A DNA stretch of 64,000 bases from the human T2T-CHM13v2.0 reference genome, Homo sapiens, in assembly GCF_009914755.1 (NCBI RefSeq), contig NC_060930.1; one strand, given 5' to 3'. Below, one piece after another: positions 44,461-61,711 of the stretch. The notes below the pieces were generated by a model, which saw only the letters and a program-made list of their open reading frames with translations, did no database searches and was not told where the DNA came from. Position 1 is the first letter of the stretch, and every line of letters begins with the position of its first letter. The position numbers were made by a program, and so were the translations under genes.

Positions 44461-46837
44461 TATGTGAACATAATTAGAAAAATATACATCACTGCTAAGT
44501 AATTTTCATGAGTCAAGAATCCAAGAAGTCCCAAGTCTTAAATTTCCCTTTGTTGTCCTTTGTAAAATACAGAGAAAATTTCTGAAAGCAATTTCTCTAC
44601 CCAGATTATAGTATTCCATTTTACTTTCAACATTTCCTGTTAAGGCACATGGTTCTTCAACATTCCAGGTTCTAAGATTCTACTAATTAGTATTGATGCT
44701 TCTGGTAAGAACTAGTGCAAAACTCTGAAATCTGCTCCATTCCCTTGGCAGCTACATCAGATAATCATCTGTATATTTCCTTTCCAAAGCAAAGAATTCC
44801 CATTTGGTTTTTCCAACTTTCCCCTTCCTTCTTCTATGATGACTTCCTTTTTGAAAACTTCAGGAACCCTAATTAACCTATGGAGGCATTGCAATATTAA
44901 TATAAGGCAAATATAAAAAATAAACAACCACCTCAAGAAGACAAAAGCAAACTCCAGTGCCGTCCACTCTGTGTGTACAGAAGAAATTATCCTGCTCCTC
45001 CTTATAAATAAGGGGTTTGCAATGTGTCGTTCCTTTTCTGTAGGGAAGGGGGGTACTTATTGATGCTGCATCTGTTTTGTCAGAGCGTCAGCTAATGGAG
45101 AAAGTTAATTGTGTTGGTTGTAAGGCCACCTGTCACACACATGCCTCATTTCCATACTAATGGTCCAGCAGTGGCAGGCAGTGTGCTCTCTGCAGTAACA
45201 GCTACTGCCTCTTTGGAAACGTGGGCCAAATGTGCCCATGCAGCAACTGTAGGCTTCATATGTGAATGCCTCTAGTATTGTGTCGACTGGGGCTTATATT
45301 AACCCCCTACTGGCAGCTCCAAACTAGATTTGCAGTAAATGTGGGGATGCTGTAAATGCTGCTCTGGGGTAAGCACCAAGTCCATGGTGAACCTGCTGGG
45401 AAAGGCAGCCTTTGGGCTTCAGAGTTTTCTCTGAATAATCTTCTATATAGCCAACCCATCCCACACTAGGAGAGAGAGAGAGAGATGGCTGAAACGCCTG
45501 ATACTTTCTCCTTTAAGAACACCCTCTGTATATTATTTCACTGTAGTAGTTAGTGTTATTTTTCATAAGCATTTTTACCACCTTCTTTGCCTTTTGGAAT
45601 CACTATGTATCTTTAGGAGAACCTGCAGGTACCACCCTCATTTATGAGACAGAGGTCTGTTTTAGAGCTCTGAATAATATTTCCAGTTCTGTCTCCTAAA
45701 TGATCAAAAGCAATCTTAACTCCTGACTATAAAGGATCATACTCCAGCAGTACTTCTTCCAGCGATACTTTTTACAAATTGTTGGAATCTTAGGCATAGT
45801 TGAGGAATTGATGCCCTGCCAGGAGAAGATTGATGAATATTTTAGTGGGAAACTATGAGATGCAATTAGAGAGAGGTGGCTATCCCCTCAATGAGGGAAG
45901 CCAATAAAATTGAGAGCTATTTCTTCCCAGCTCTTAACCCTATGGATGTACAAAATTGCCAGATTCAGTTTCTCTGGGATCCTTTTGGATATGGCTTTCT
46001 GTGACCTTACACAGCCGCCATAAAGGGACTTGGGGCTAAGCGCCAAATGCTCCAGCACTGACTGCTCTTAGAGAAATGGAGAACACGTGGGCCAGGCTGC
46101 TTACATTTTTTAATGGCCAATTTTTGTTGAATGGATGATTATTTTAGGCTAGGCGATGTTTATTCTTGTATCAACATAAATTTTAGAATGGATGTCACAG
46201 TCATTTGGAAAGGAGGCTCAAAGTCAGGCACGTAATGTTCCGGTCACCCGGCAAATGGAATGTCCTAAGCTGTGGCATTCTCTCTGGGGTATGTCCAGGT
46301 GCACTGCCTCCTGGGAAAGCCCTAAGGGAGGCAAGGAAGCCAGGCCTTGGAGGCTACTGAGTTTTATGGGTATCTCTGCCTTGAAGGGCAAAGGCTGTAG
46401 AAAATCCTATAGAAAAGTTTCCTGACTGATTTCGGTTAGGTCTGGATTTCCCAACGTGCCATAGAGTTTCTCACGGCAATAAAGAAGGGCTTTTGGTCAC
46501 AACGGAGACCCGATATAGATTCCACAGAAAAGCTTGGTGGCTGGAGCTACTCTAAATTCAGGCTCTGCAACCTCAGCCAGGCATTGATGCTGCCCGAAAA
46601 TCTATCTCATGTTCTGAATTGACACCTTCCCCCTTTCCTCACTGTAACTATTTCAAGCTTTTATCCCTTTCTTCTAGCACCCTACTCAGAAGACAACTCC
46701 ATTTTGCATTTCATAGAGGAAATGGGGTGCCAAAGATAAACTCTACAAACCTTTGGCTGCAAGCTATATCAACAAGCTTATCTACATCCACAGCCAGCTT
46801 TATGACAGATCTTCCATCTTAGTAAAGAGGGTGACTT

Positions 46838-46990
46838 TTTTCCTTGTCCTTCTCCTCCCCCTTCCTCCCCCTTCCTTCCCTTCCCTCCCCTCCCCTCCCC
46901 TCCCCTTCCCTTCTCAACCCCCCTTCTTTTTCCTCCCTTCCCTCTCTTCTCTCTCTCTCCTTCTCCTTCTCTGTCTTTCACACACACACA
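46838..46990. repeat. C/T-rich low-complexity tract plus short (CA)n
   Basis: Seen directly in the sequence. Confidence 0.85.
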
Positions 46991-47169
46991 AACGTGCATG
47001 CATACACTTGAGCATACGTGAGTGTGCACATAGGATACATCAGCTTAAGGGAAGCTATGAATACACTCGAGAAAATACAAGTTTGATAAATCATTGTCTC
47101 TCAAAAATTGGCAGGAAATACATATAAGTCTATTAGCAATGCCACACCTGGCATTGTAGGAAAACAGGA

Positions 47170-48063
47170 GAGGAATATGTGATCAGACTGAAGGTCTAGG
47201 AAGACTTCCTGGAGAATGCAAAATTTGGGTTAAATTCTGGATTTGACGTGGACAAAAGAAGAAGGGAAGAAAATTTCAAGCAGGTGATATAGCACGTATG
47301 AAAGGATTTAACCTGTTCTAGGATCTGCATGCATTTTGATTCTGCAGTAGAGAGGGAAGCCCATGTGGGACAGTAGAGGCTAGAGAGGCTGCCAGGGGCC
47401 AGTCATGACAGGCTTCCTGCAATGAATTGGAAGTTCCAGTCACACACTGGAATTTGACCTTGTAAGCTACATAGCGACCTGGAGGGAAATGAAGTGGTAG
47501 CAGTGTGCAGGGTGAGGAGGAAACAAGGCCATATTTGTAGGCTGAGTCCTTGTACTGGTTGCAGATGACAAGTGTTGAAACAAGTGACTGTGGGAGAAGA
47601 GGACAGAAAAAAGCAATATAAAGTTGTGGAATTGTCAGGCCTTGGTGACTGGATGCTAGAGGAAGAGGGCAGGAAGAGCATTAAAGTGACTGTCAAGTTA
47701 CTGGCTTGGGCAACTGGGCAGATGGGTGGAGGCCTCCAGACTACAAGAGATGGAACAAATTTTAAAGGAAAGATGCTTACTTCCCGTTGGCCCATACTGA
47801 CCTTGAAGGACAGGAAAGTGAATCCATTCAGCAAATCAATTGCTATATGAGCAGAGTGACCTGGTCTGGGATGCTGGTGATGGAAGCCATTGTGGATGGG
47901 GACACTGAAGTCAAGTGTTTGGCCTGAGGTCTGAGGACAGCTCTGTCCAACACAGGTGGTGAAGGAGTAAGAGGCGAAGAAAGAGACTACAAAGAAAATC
48001 AGAAGGAACAGTGAAAGCAGACCCAGGAAAGTCTGGAAAGAGGGGTTTCCTGGAAGCAAAGTG
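47170..48063 (-). mobile_element. L2 remnant (continues after 55437)
   Basis: ggaagacttcctggag..cttggtgactggatg..ctggcttgggcaactggg..ggaagcaaagtggggaagagaatttt. Confidence 0.65.
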
Positions 48064-49269
48064 GGGAAGAGAATTTTATTTTATTTTATTTTTTTTGTTA
48101 CCAGAAAATTTATTTATTTTAATTTTTTATTTGTATTTTTTTTTGATTTTTCCATAGGTTATTGGGGTAGAGGTGGTGTTTGGTTACATGAGTAAGTTCT
48201 TTAGTGGTGATTTGTGAGATTTTGGTGCACTGATTACCCGGGCAGTATACACTGCACCCTGTTTGTAGTCTTTTATCCCGTGACCCCCTTTCACCCTTCG
48301 CCCCAAGTCCCCAAAGTCCATTGTATCATTCTTATGCCTTTGTGTCCTCATAGCTTAGCTCCCACATATCAGTGTTACTTCACTTGGAATAATAGTCTCT
48401 AATCTCATCCAGGTCACTGCAAATACCATTAATTCATTCCTTCTTATGGCTGAGTAGTATTCCTGTACTACTCAGTATGGCTGAGTAGGGGGATTGCTGA
48501 GTCAAATGATAGTTCAACTTTTAGCTCTTTAAGGAATCTCCACACTGTTTTCCATAGTGGCTGTACTAGTTTACATTCCCACCAGCAGTGTAGAAGTGTT
48601 CCCTGATCACCACATCCACGTCAACATCTGTTTTTTGATTTTTTGATTATGGCCATTCTTGCAGGAATAAGATGCTATCGCATTGTGGTTTTTGATTTGC
48701 ATTTCCCTGATCATTAGTGATGTTGAGCAATTTTTCACATGTTTGTTGGCCATTTGTATATCTTCTTTTGAGAATTATCTATTCATGTCTTTAGCCCACT
48801 TTTTGATGAGTTTGTTTTGTTTTGTTTTGCTGATTTGTTTGAGTTTGTTGTAGATTCTGGATATTAGTCCTTTGTCAGATGTATAGATTGTGAAGATTTT
48901 TCCCACTCTGTGGGTTGTCTATTTAATCTGCTGAGTGCAAAAGCTCTTTAGTTTAATTAAGTCCCAGCTATTTATCTTTGTTTTTATTGTATTTGCTTTT
49001 GGGTTCTTGGTCATGAAATCCATGCCTAAGCCAATGACTAGAAGGGTTTTTCCCACGTTAACTTCTAGAATTTTTATAGTTTCATGGCTTAGATTTAAGT
49101 CCTTTATCGATCTTGAGTTGATTTTCATGTAAGGTGAGAGATGAGGATCCACTTTCATTCTACATGTGGCTAGCCAATTATCCCAGCACCGTTTGTTGAA
49201 AAGAGTGTCCTTTCCCCACTTTATGTTTTTGTTTGCTTTGTCAAAGATTGGTTGGCTATAAATATTTGA

Positions 49270-49603
<334 letters not shown>

Positions 49604-51606
49604 CTAGGCTCTCTATTCTGTTCCATTGGTCTATGTGCCTATTTTTATACCAGTACCATGTTCTTTTGGTGACTATGGCCGTATAGTATAGTTTAAAATC
49701 AGGTAGTGTGATGCCTCCAGATTTGTTCTTTTTGCTTAGTCTTGCTTTGGCTATGTGGGCTCTTTTTTGCTTCCATATGAATTTTAGAATTGTTTTTTCT
49801 AATTCTTTGAAGAATGATGGTGGTATTTTGATGGGGATTACATTGAATTTGCAGAATACTTTTGGCAGTATGGACATTTTCACAATATTGATTCTACCCA
49901 TGAGCATGGGATGTGTTTCCATTTGTTTGTGTCATCTATGATTTCTTTCAGCAGTGTTTTGTAGTTTTCCTTGTAGAGGTCTTTCAATTCCTTGGTTAGG
50001 TATATTCCTAAGTATTTTATATTTTTGCAGCTATTGTAAAAGGGGCTGAGTTCTTGATTTGATTCTCCGCTTGGTTGCTATTGGTGCAGAGTAGGAGAGC
50101 TACTGATTTGTGTACATTAATCCTGTATCCAGAAACTTTGCTGATTCTTTTGTCAGTTCTAGGAGCTTTTTGGAGGAGTTTTTAGGGTTTTCGAGATAAA
50201 CGATTCTTTCATCAGCAAAAATTGATAGTTTCACTTCTTCGTTACTGATTTGGATGCGCTTTATTTCTTTCTCTTGTCTGATAACTCTGGCTAGGACTTC
50301 CAGTACTATGTTGAAGAGGAGTGGTGAGAGTGGGCATCCTTGTCTTGTTCCAGCTCTCAGAGGGAATGCTTTCAACGTTTTCCCATTCAGTATTATGTTG
50401 GCTGTGAGTTTATCCTAGATGGCTTTTATTACATTGAGGTATGTCCCTTATATGCTGATTTTGCTGAGAGTTTTAATCATAAAGGGATGCTGGATTTTGT
50501 CGAATGCTTCTTTGCATCTATTGAGATGATCATATTTTTTTGTTTTTAATTCTGTTCATGTGATGTATCACATTTATTGACTTGCATATGTTAAGCCATC
50601 CCTGCATCCCGGATATGAAGCCCACTTGATCATGGTGGATTATCTTTTAGATATGTCATTAGATTTGGTCAGCTAGTATTTTGTTAAGGATTTTAGCATC
50701 TATGTTCATCAGGAATATGAGTCTGCAGTTTTCTTTTTTGGTTATGTCCTTTCCTGGTTTTGGTATTAGGGTGATGCTGGCTTCATGGAATGAATTAGGG
50801 AGCGTTCCCTCTTTCTGTGTCTTGTGGAATAGTGTCAATAGGATTGGTACCAATTCTTCTTTGAATGTCTGCTAGAATTCTGCTGTGACTCCTTCTGGTC
50901 CTGGACTTTTTTCTTGTTGGTAATTTTTAAATTACCATTTCAATCTTGTTGCTTGTTATTGGTCTGTTTATGGTATCTAATTCTTCCTGATTTAAGCTAG
51001 GAGGGCTGTATTTTTCCAGGAATTTATCCACCTCTTCTAGGTTTTCAAGTTTATACGCATAAAGGTGCGTCATAGTAGCCTTGAATGATCTTGTGTATTT
51101 CTGTGGTGTCAGTTATAATATCTCCCATTTCATTTCTTATTGAGGTTATTTGGATTTTCTCTCTTTTTTCCTTGGTTAGTCTTGCTAATGGTCTATCAAT
51201 TTTATTTATCTTTTCAAAGAACCAGGTTTTGTTTCATTTATCTTTTGTATTTTTTTGTTTGTTTCAGTTCCATGTAGTTCTGCTCTGATCTTGGTTATTT
51301 CCTTACTTCTGCTGGGTTTGAGTTTGGTTTGTTCTTGTTTCTCTAGTTCCTTGAGGTGTGACCTTAGAGTGTCAGTTTGTGCTCTTTCAGTCTTCTTGAT
51401 GCAGGCATTTAGGGCCATGAACTTTCCTCTTAGCACCGCCTTTGCTGTATCCCAGAGGTTTTGATAGGTTGTATCACCATTGTCGTTCAGTTCAAATACT
51501 TTTTTAATTTCCATCTTGATTTCATTTTTAACCCAGTGATCATTCAGGAGCAGGTTATTTAATTTCCATGTATTTGCATGGTTTTGAAGGTTCCTTTTGG
51601 AGTTGA

Positions 51607-51918
<312 letters not shown>

Positions 51919-52346
51919 AATTTCCAGTTTTATTCCATTGTGGTCTGAGAGAGTGCTTGATATAATTTCAATTTTTCAAAATTTATTGAGGCTCATTTTG
52001 TGGCCTATTGTATGGTCTATCTTGGAGAAAGTTCCAAGCACTGTTGAATAGAATGTGTATTCTATGGTTGTTGTATGGATGGAATGTTCTGTATAGATCT
52101 GTTAAGTCCATTTGTTCCAAGGTGTAGTTTAAATCCATTGTTTCTTTGTTGACTTTCTGTCTTGATGATCTGTTTAGTGCTGTCAGTGGAGTATTGAAGT
52201 CCCCCACTATTATTGTGTTACTGTCTATCTCATTTTGTAGGTCCATTAGTAATTGTTTTATAAATTTGAAGGCTCCAGTGTTAGGTGCATATATGTTTAG
52301 GATTCTGATATTTTCCTGTTGGACAAGGCCTTTTACTATTATATAA

Positions 52347-52678
<332 letters not shown>

Positions 52679-55600
52679 TCACTGCTGTTGCTTTAAAGTT
52701 TGTTTTGTTTGATCTAAGAATAGCTACCCCTGCTTGCTTTAGGTGTCCATTTGCATAGAATGCCTTTTTTCCCACCCCTTTAAGTTTATGTGAGTCCTTA
52801 TGTGTTAAGTGTGTCTCTTGAAGGCAGCAGGTACTTGGTTGGTGAATTCTTACCCATTTTTCAGTTCTGTATCTTTTAAGTGGAGCATTTAGACCATTTA
52901 CATTCAGTGTTAGTATTGAGATGTGAGGTACCATTCTGTTCATTGTGCTATTTGTTGCCTGTATACCTTGCTTTTTTGTTTTTGCTTTTTAAATTGTATT
53001 TTCGTTTTATACATCCTGTGAGATGTATGCTCTAAAGAGGTTCTGTTTTAATGTGTTTTCACAATTTGTTTCAAGATTTAGAGCTCCTTTTAGCAGTTCT
53101 TATAGTGGTGGCTTGCTAATGGCGAATTTGCTCAGCATTTGTTTGTCTGAAAAAGACTGTATCTTTTCTTCATACATGATGCTTAGTTTCACTGGATACA
53201 AAATTCTTGGCTGATAATTATTTTGTTTGAGGAGGCTGAAGATAGGAACCCAATCCCTTCTAGATTGTAGGATTTCTGTTGAGAAATCTACTGTTAATCT
53301 GATAGGTTTTCCTTTATAGGTTACTTGGTGCATTTGTCTTACAGCTCTTAAGATTCTTTCCTTTGTCTTAACTTTAGATAACCTGATGATAGTGTGCCTA
53401 GGTGATGATCTTTTTGCAATGAATTTCCGACATGTTCTTTGTGCTTCCTTTATTTGGAAGTCTAGGTCTTTAGCAAGGCCAGGGAATTTTTTTTCAATTA
53501 TTATCCCAAATATGTTTTCCAAGCTTTTGGATTTCTCTTCTTCCTCAGGAACACCAATTATTCTTAGGTTTGGCCATTTAACATAATCTCAGACTTCTTG
53601 GAGGCTTTGTTCATATTTTCTTATTCTTTTTTCTTTGTCTTTGTTGGATTGGGTTAATTAGATCTTGTCTTTGAGCTCTGAGTTTCTTTCTTCCACTTGT
53701 TCAATTCTATTCCTGAGACTTCCAGAGTATTTTGCATTTCTATAAAAGTGCCCAATGTTTCCTGAAGTTTTGATTGTTTTCTCTCTATGCTATCTATTTC
53801 CTTGAATATTTCTCCCTTCACTTCTTGTATCGTTTTTTGGATTTCCTTGCATTGGGCTTTGCCTTTCTCTAGTGCCTCCCTGATTAGCTTAATAACTAAC
53901 CTCCTGAATTCTTTTTCAGGTAAATCAGGGATTACTTCTTGGTTTGGATCCATTGCTGCTGAACTAGTGTGATTTTTGGGGAGTGTTAAAGAGTCTTGTT
54001 TTCTCATATTACCAGAGTTGGTTTTCTGGTTCCTTCTCATTTAGGTAGGCTCTATCAGAGGGAAGGTCTAGGGCTGAAGTCTGTTGTTCAGGTTCTTGTG
54101 TCCCACAGGGTGTTCCTTTGATGTAGTACTCTCCTCCTCTTCCTGTGAGTGTGGCTTCCTGAGAGCCAAGCTGTAGAGATTGTTATCTCTCTTCTGGGTC
54201 TAGCCACCCAGCAAGTCTACCAGGCTCCAGGCTGGTACTGGGGGTTGTCTGCACAGAGTCCTGTGATGTGAACCATCTATGGGTCTCTCAGCTGTGGATA
54301 CCAGCACCTATTCCAGTGGAGGTGGCAGGGGGTGAAATGGACTCTGTGAGGGTTCTTAGTTTTGGTGATTTCATGCCCTGTTTTTGTGCTGGTTGGCCTC
54401 CTGCCAGGAGGTGGCGCTTTCCAGAGAGCATCAGCTGTGCTAGTATGGGGAGGAACCGGTGGTGGGCAGGGCCATAGAATTCCTAAGAATGTATATGCCC
54501 TTTGTCTTCAGCTACCAGGGCGGGTAGGGAATGAGCTTCAGGTGGTGGCAGGGTAAGTGTGTCTGAACTTAGACTCTCCTTGGGCAGGTCTTGCTGTGGT
54601 TGCTGTGGGGAATGGGGGTGAGGTTCCCAGGTCAGTGGAGTTGTGTACCTAGGAGGATTATGGCTGCCTCTACTGAATAACACAGGTTGTCAGGGAAGTG
54701 GGGGAAAGCCGGCAGTCACAGGCCTCACCCAGCTCCCATGCAATCCAAAGGGCTGATCTCACTCCCACTGTGCCCCCACCTAACAGCACAGAGTCTGTTT
54801 CCAGGCAGTGGGCAATCAGGACTGAGATCTTGCCCTAGACTACCCACCTCCCAGCTGCAAAAGAGAAGGGCTTTAGTTCTTCCCCAACTTGTGGAGTCTG
54901 CAGGCAGGATTCACACCCTCCCCGCCAGGTTCTGGCCAGGAGGCTCCTCCATAGGTTCAAACTGTTACAAAGTTCAGCTGGAGACTTCCTTCTCTCTGTG
55001 GTGTTTTCTCCCCACTGCTGGCTGCCCTCCTGAAGGATCCCTGTGAGGCCAGGCAGGAATGGCTTGCCTGGGGACCCAGCAGGCTCCCAGGGCCTTTCCC
55101 GCTGCTTTCTCTGCCCTTGTATTTCACTCAACTCTCTAAAGTGACTCAGCTCCAGGTAAGGTTGGAGTTTTCTCCCGCAAACTAAACCTTCATTTTCCCC
55201 AGTTGGGGTGTGTGTTCGGTGCGGGGCAGTGGTGGGGAGGAACTCCCTTTCCCACTTCTGCAGTTTGAGCACTCATAGTATTTGGGGTGCCTCCTGGGTC
55301 CTGCAGGAGCAGTTCACTTCCTTCAGAGGGTCTGTGGGTCCTCTTGGGATTCCTGACTGATTCCTTCAGTCTTTCTGAAGCTAAAATTCATGATGCGAGC
55401 CTCCGCATGCTGCTCTGTCCCAGGGAAGAGAATTTTAAGAGGCAGATAGTAGCCAGCCATGTCACACGTGATAGTCCAAGTGAAATTTTTATTTCCTTAT
55501 TTCTGCTTCTTAATTTTACTTTGTCATGTAGCCTCTTTTTCTTGTTTCATGAGAGTTGAAAAAAAAATCTTCTCTCTCAGATTATTAATGCTCTTTTTAA

Positions 55601-55859
55601 GTAAAATCAACACTCTTCTTCCCTCCCTCAATATATACCTTTAATTAATATTCAATACTTCTAGATAAAATGGTGATGCCCTTGATTAATATTTAACACT
55701 TCTAGATAAAATGATAATGTTGTTCATAGAGTAAACACTCAGTAAATATTTTAGTGATTTTTTTGAACTAGCTGTGATCATGTGCAAGTATCACACTGAG
55801 CTTGTCGCCTTCAACAAATATTTTTTAAAACAAAATATCAGAAAACCAATAAAGATAGG

Positions 55860-56320
55860 TACAAAATGACACGTACAAGAATCCTCTTTGCAGCACTGTT
55901 ACAAAAAAGGATTAGAAACAACCTAAACGTCCAAGAATAGGGAACTGGTTACACAGACACTGTCTATTCATTAGCATACTGTGCCACTGTGCCCAGTCTG
56001 CACGGAACTATCCACATTGTTCTGGAAAGCTCTGCAAGATACTTTATTAAATGAATAAAGAAAGATAGGAAATAGTATATATAGTATACCATCATGTATG
56101 TTTTAAAAATAATATATATACATGCATGTGTGTTTTCTAAATTCATAGACTGTCTCTGGAAGGATAAACAACAAAATGTAACAGTGTTTTCCTTTAGAGA
56201 AGGGAACTGGATGTCTGGGGACAGTTTGGTGGGAAGATCTGATTTTTCACTCTATACCATTTTTTACCTTTTGAATTTTCCCCATATGCAAGTATAATCT
56301 GTTCCAAAAATTGAGTGCAA
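55860..56320 (+). mobile_element. L1ME-type 3' remnant
   Basis: ttgcagcactgtt..gaaacaacctaaacgtcc..tctggaaggataaacaa..ttttacctttgaatttt. Confidence 0.55.
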
Positions 56321-56519
56321 ATTTAAGAAAGAGTGAGTGGCAGCAGTATTGTTGCTGGGCAGGAGGAGATAACTAGTATACACATGAAAATCTCATCAGG
56401 GGGCCGAACCTGGACTAAGTACTAAATATGTGTTATTACTGAGGGTTCTTCCCCACAACAGTACCATGAGGGGGAGTGAGTAATTTTCCCAAGGACTCAC
56501 AGCTAACATGAAGTGGAGA

Positions 56520-57525
56520 CAATGGTGTGCTGGTAAATTTTTATCAACCAGAGCATGGTCTCTCACACCTGTAATCCCAGCATTTTGGGAGGCCGAGGCA
56601 GGCAGATCACTTGAGGTCAGGAGTTTGAGAGAAGCCTGGCCAACATGGTGAAACCCCATCTCTACAAAAATACAAAAATTAGCTGGGCATAGTGGCACAT
56701 GCCTGTAGTCCCAACTGCTCAGGAGGCTGAGGCAGGAGAATTGCTTGAACCCAAAGGGTGGAGGTTGCGGTAAGCCAAGATCACACCATTGCTCTCCAGT
56801 TTGGGCAAAATAGTGAGTGAGACTCTGTCTCAAAAAAAAAAAAAAAAAAAAGAAAAAGAAAAAAAATTCTAACAATCAGAACCAAGTGTATATCATGTAT
56901 ATCTGAGATAAATGTTGGTTGATATTTTTGTTTATGACAAGTCAGACAGAAATGAAACATTGTAGACACTTGTTGGAATGTCAAGGTTTCCATCAGTGCC
57001 ATGAGCCAACTCTGCTGAATTGTATGAAAGTTTTTGAATACAGAAAAAATGTTTTCTCAATTGGTTTCTTCTATTCACAGTAAAAGTGGTTAGACATGAT
57101 ATACTTTTGTGTTTAACATGCATTATTAACATTCTTTTCACCACTTTTTAAAGTTTAGCCTATCAGTAAATAAAACAACAAATTAAGCCCCAATTTATAG
57201 TATTTGCCTATTTCTGTAGATTAAATGCTTCCACTGTGGCAAGTTTTGAGCTGCCAGCTCATAGAACGTGGAGTAAGGAAGAGATGCACAATCACACACC
57301 ATGATGTAGCATTTCCACCCCATAAGACAAATCACCTTGAGAGCACAGACAATAGTGATAGAATTGGGAATGGTGACTTTTGAATTTATATTGTCTTTTT
57401 AAATATCACTTATTTGTAAGTTTATAGAATATATTTAATGAAGTCCAAGTTTAACAACCAGCATACAAAATTCCTGAAAATTTAACAAGTGCGTCTCACA
57501 AGTTAGTACAAACCAGGTCTACTGG
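56520..57525. mobile_element. MER63-type hAT relic interrupted by an Alu
   Basis: End motifs caatggtgtgctggtaaat..caacc and tttaacaacc..caaaattcctgaaaatttaacaa. Confidence 0.7.
56551..56865 (+). mobile_element. AluS (Sx/Sz)
   Basis: gatcacttgaggtcaggagtttgaga; long A tail. Confidence 0.9.
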
Positions 57526-57727
57526 GTGGAGACAGTACTGGACCCAACTCTTTCTGATTTCATAGCAAGGACTTTCAGTCCCTCAGCCACATTCTCCCAT
57601 TCACTGAACAGTCATCAAGCTCAGTCATGTGTGAGGCATAACATCTCTGATGTTGAAGCCTACACTGTCTCCACTCCTCCTTCAGTTTCACCCAGTCATT
57701 ACCTAAGGAGTGTGAGGAAAGTGCATC

Positions 57728-60214
<2,487 letters not shown>

Positions 60215-60401
60215 TTAATTTTTCTGGTGAAATTTACATCTATTAATCGCTACTCAATTTATAACTCATGAATTTTCTATGAGTAGACAGAATGTGTGGG
60301 AGAAGTTGCTCTTTTTTTCCCAGGTACTATTCCCATCCACTGATTGTATTTCACCCATTTTGTATCAGCAGGTGATTCACCAGATCTACATTCATTTATT
60401 T

Positions 60402-61513
60402 AAATTTTTAATTTGATTTTATTTTCCTTTAAGTTCTGGGATACATGTGCAGGACATGCAGGTTTGTTACACAGGTAAACGTATGCAATGGTGGTTTGCT
60501 GCACCTATCAACTCATTACCTAGGTATTAAGCCCTGCGTGCATTAGCTATTTATCTTGATGCTCTCCTTCCCCCACCCCCCCTACAGGCCCCAGTGTGTG
60601 TTGGTCCCCTCCCTATGTCCGTGTGTTCTCATTGTTCAGCTCCCACTTATAAGTGAGAACATGTGGTATTTGGTTTTCTGTTCATGTGTTAGATTGCTGA
60701 GGATAATGGCCTCCAGCTCCATCCATGTCCCTGCAAAGGACATGATCTCGTTCCTTTTTATGGCTACATGGTATTCCATGCTGTATATGTACCATATTTT
60801 CTTTATCCAGTCTATCATTGATGGGCATTTGGGTTGATTCCATGTCTTTGCTATTGTGAATAGTGCGGCGATGAACATACACCTGCGTCTATCTTTATAA
60901 TAGGATGGTTTATATTCCTTTGGGTATATACCCAATAATGGATTGCTGGATCAAATGGTATTTCTGGTTCTATAGGTCTTCTATAGTGGCTGAACTAATT
61001 TACATTCCCACCAACAGTGTAAAGCGTTCCTGTTCTCCACAGCCTCACCAGCATCTGTTGTTTCTTGACTTTTTAATAATTGCCATTCTGACTGGCATGA
61101 GATGGTATCTCATTGTGCTTTTGATTTGTATTTCTCTAATGATCAGTGATGTTGAGCTTTTTTCATATGTTTCATATGTTTGTTGGCCACATAAATGTCT
61201 TATTTTGAGAAGTGTCTGTCCATATCCTTTGCCCACTTTTTAATGAGGTTTTTTTTTCTTGTAAATTTCTTTAAGTTCCTTGTAGATTCTGGATATTAGA
61301 CCTCTCTGTTAAATTGATAGATTACACAAACTTTTCCCCATTCTGTAGGTTGTCTGTTCACTCTGATGATAGCTTCTGTTGCTGTGTAGAAGCTCTTTAG
61401 TTTAATTACATCCCATTTGTCAGTTTTTGCTTTTGTTGCAATTGCTTTTGACATTTTTGTCATGAAATCTTTGCCCATGCCTATGTCCCCAATGGTATTG
61501 CCTAGATTTTCTT
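60402..61513 (-). mobile_element. L1PA 3' 1.1 kb
   Basis: ORF2 C-terminal frames; TSD cat(t/c)catttattt at 60389-60401 and 61514-61526. Confidence 0.92.
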
Positions 61514-61589
61514 CATCCATTTATTTGGCAAATATTTGTGGAGTGCTCACTATGTGCTGACTCTGTGCTAGGTGTTAAAGAAAACCATG

Positions 61590-61711
61590 TAAAGGTTGTC
61601 AGATTTAGCACATAAAAATATTGCACAGGACATAATTATACTAAAAAGGTATTTGTTGTTTCTTTGAAATGCAAATCGATCTGGGCATCTGCTTCTTATC
61701 TGGCATCTCTA
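61590..61711. mobile_element. MER53-type hAT relic with internal deletion
   Basis: TIR-like ends ggttgtcagatttagca..tatctggcatctcta. Confidence 0.7.

Noticed and set aside
47403-48059. Longest ORF in the track (218 aa, minus)
   Set aside because: Lies in a degenerate L2 remnant; low-complexity L/S/F/P composition; no recognisable domain
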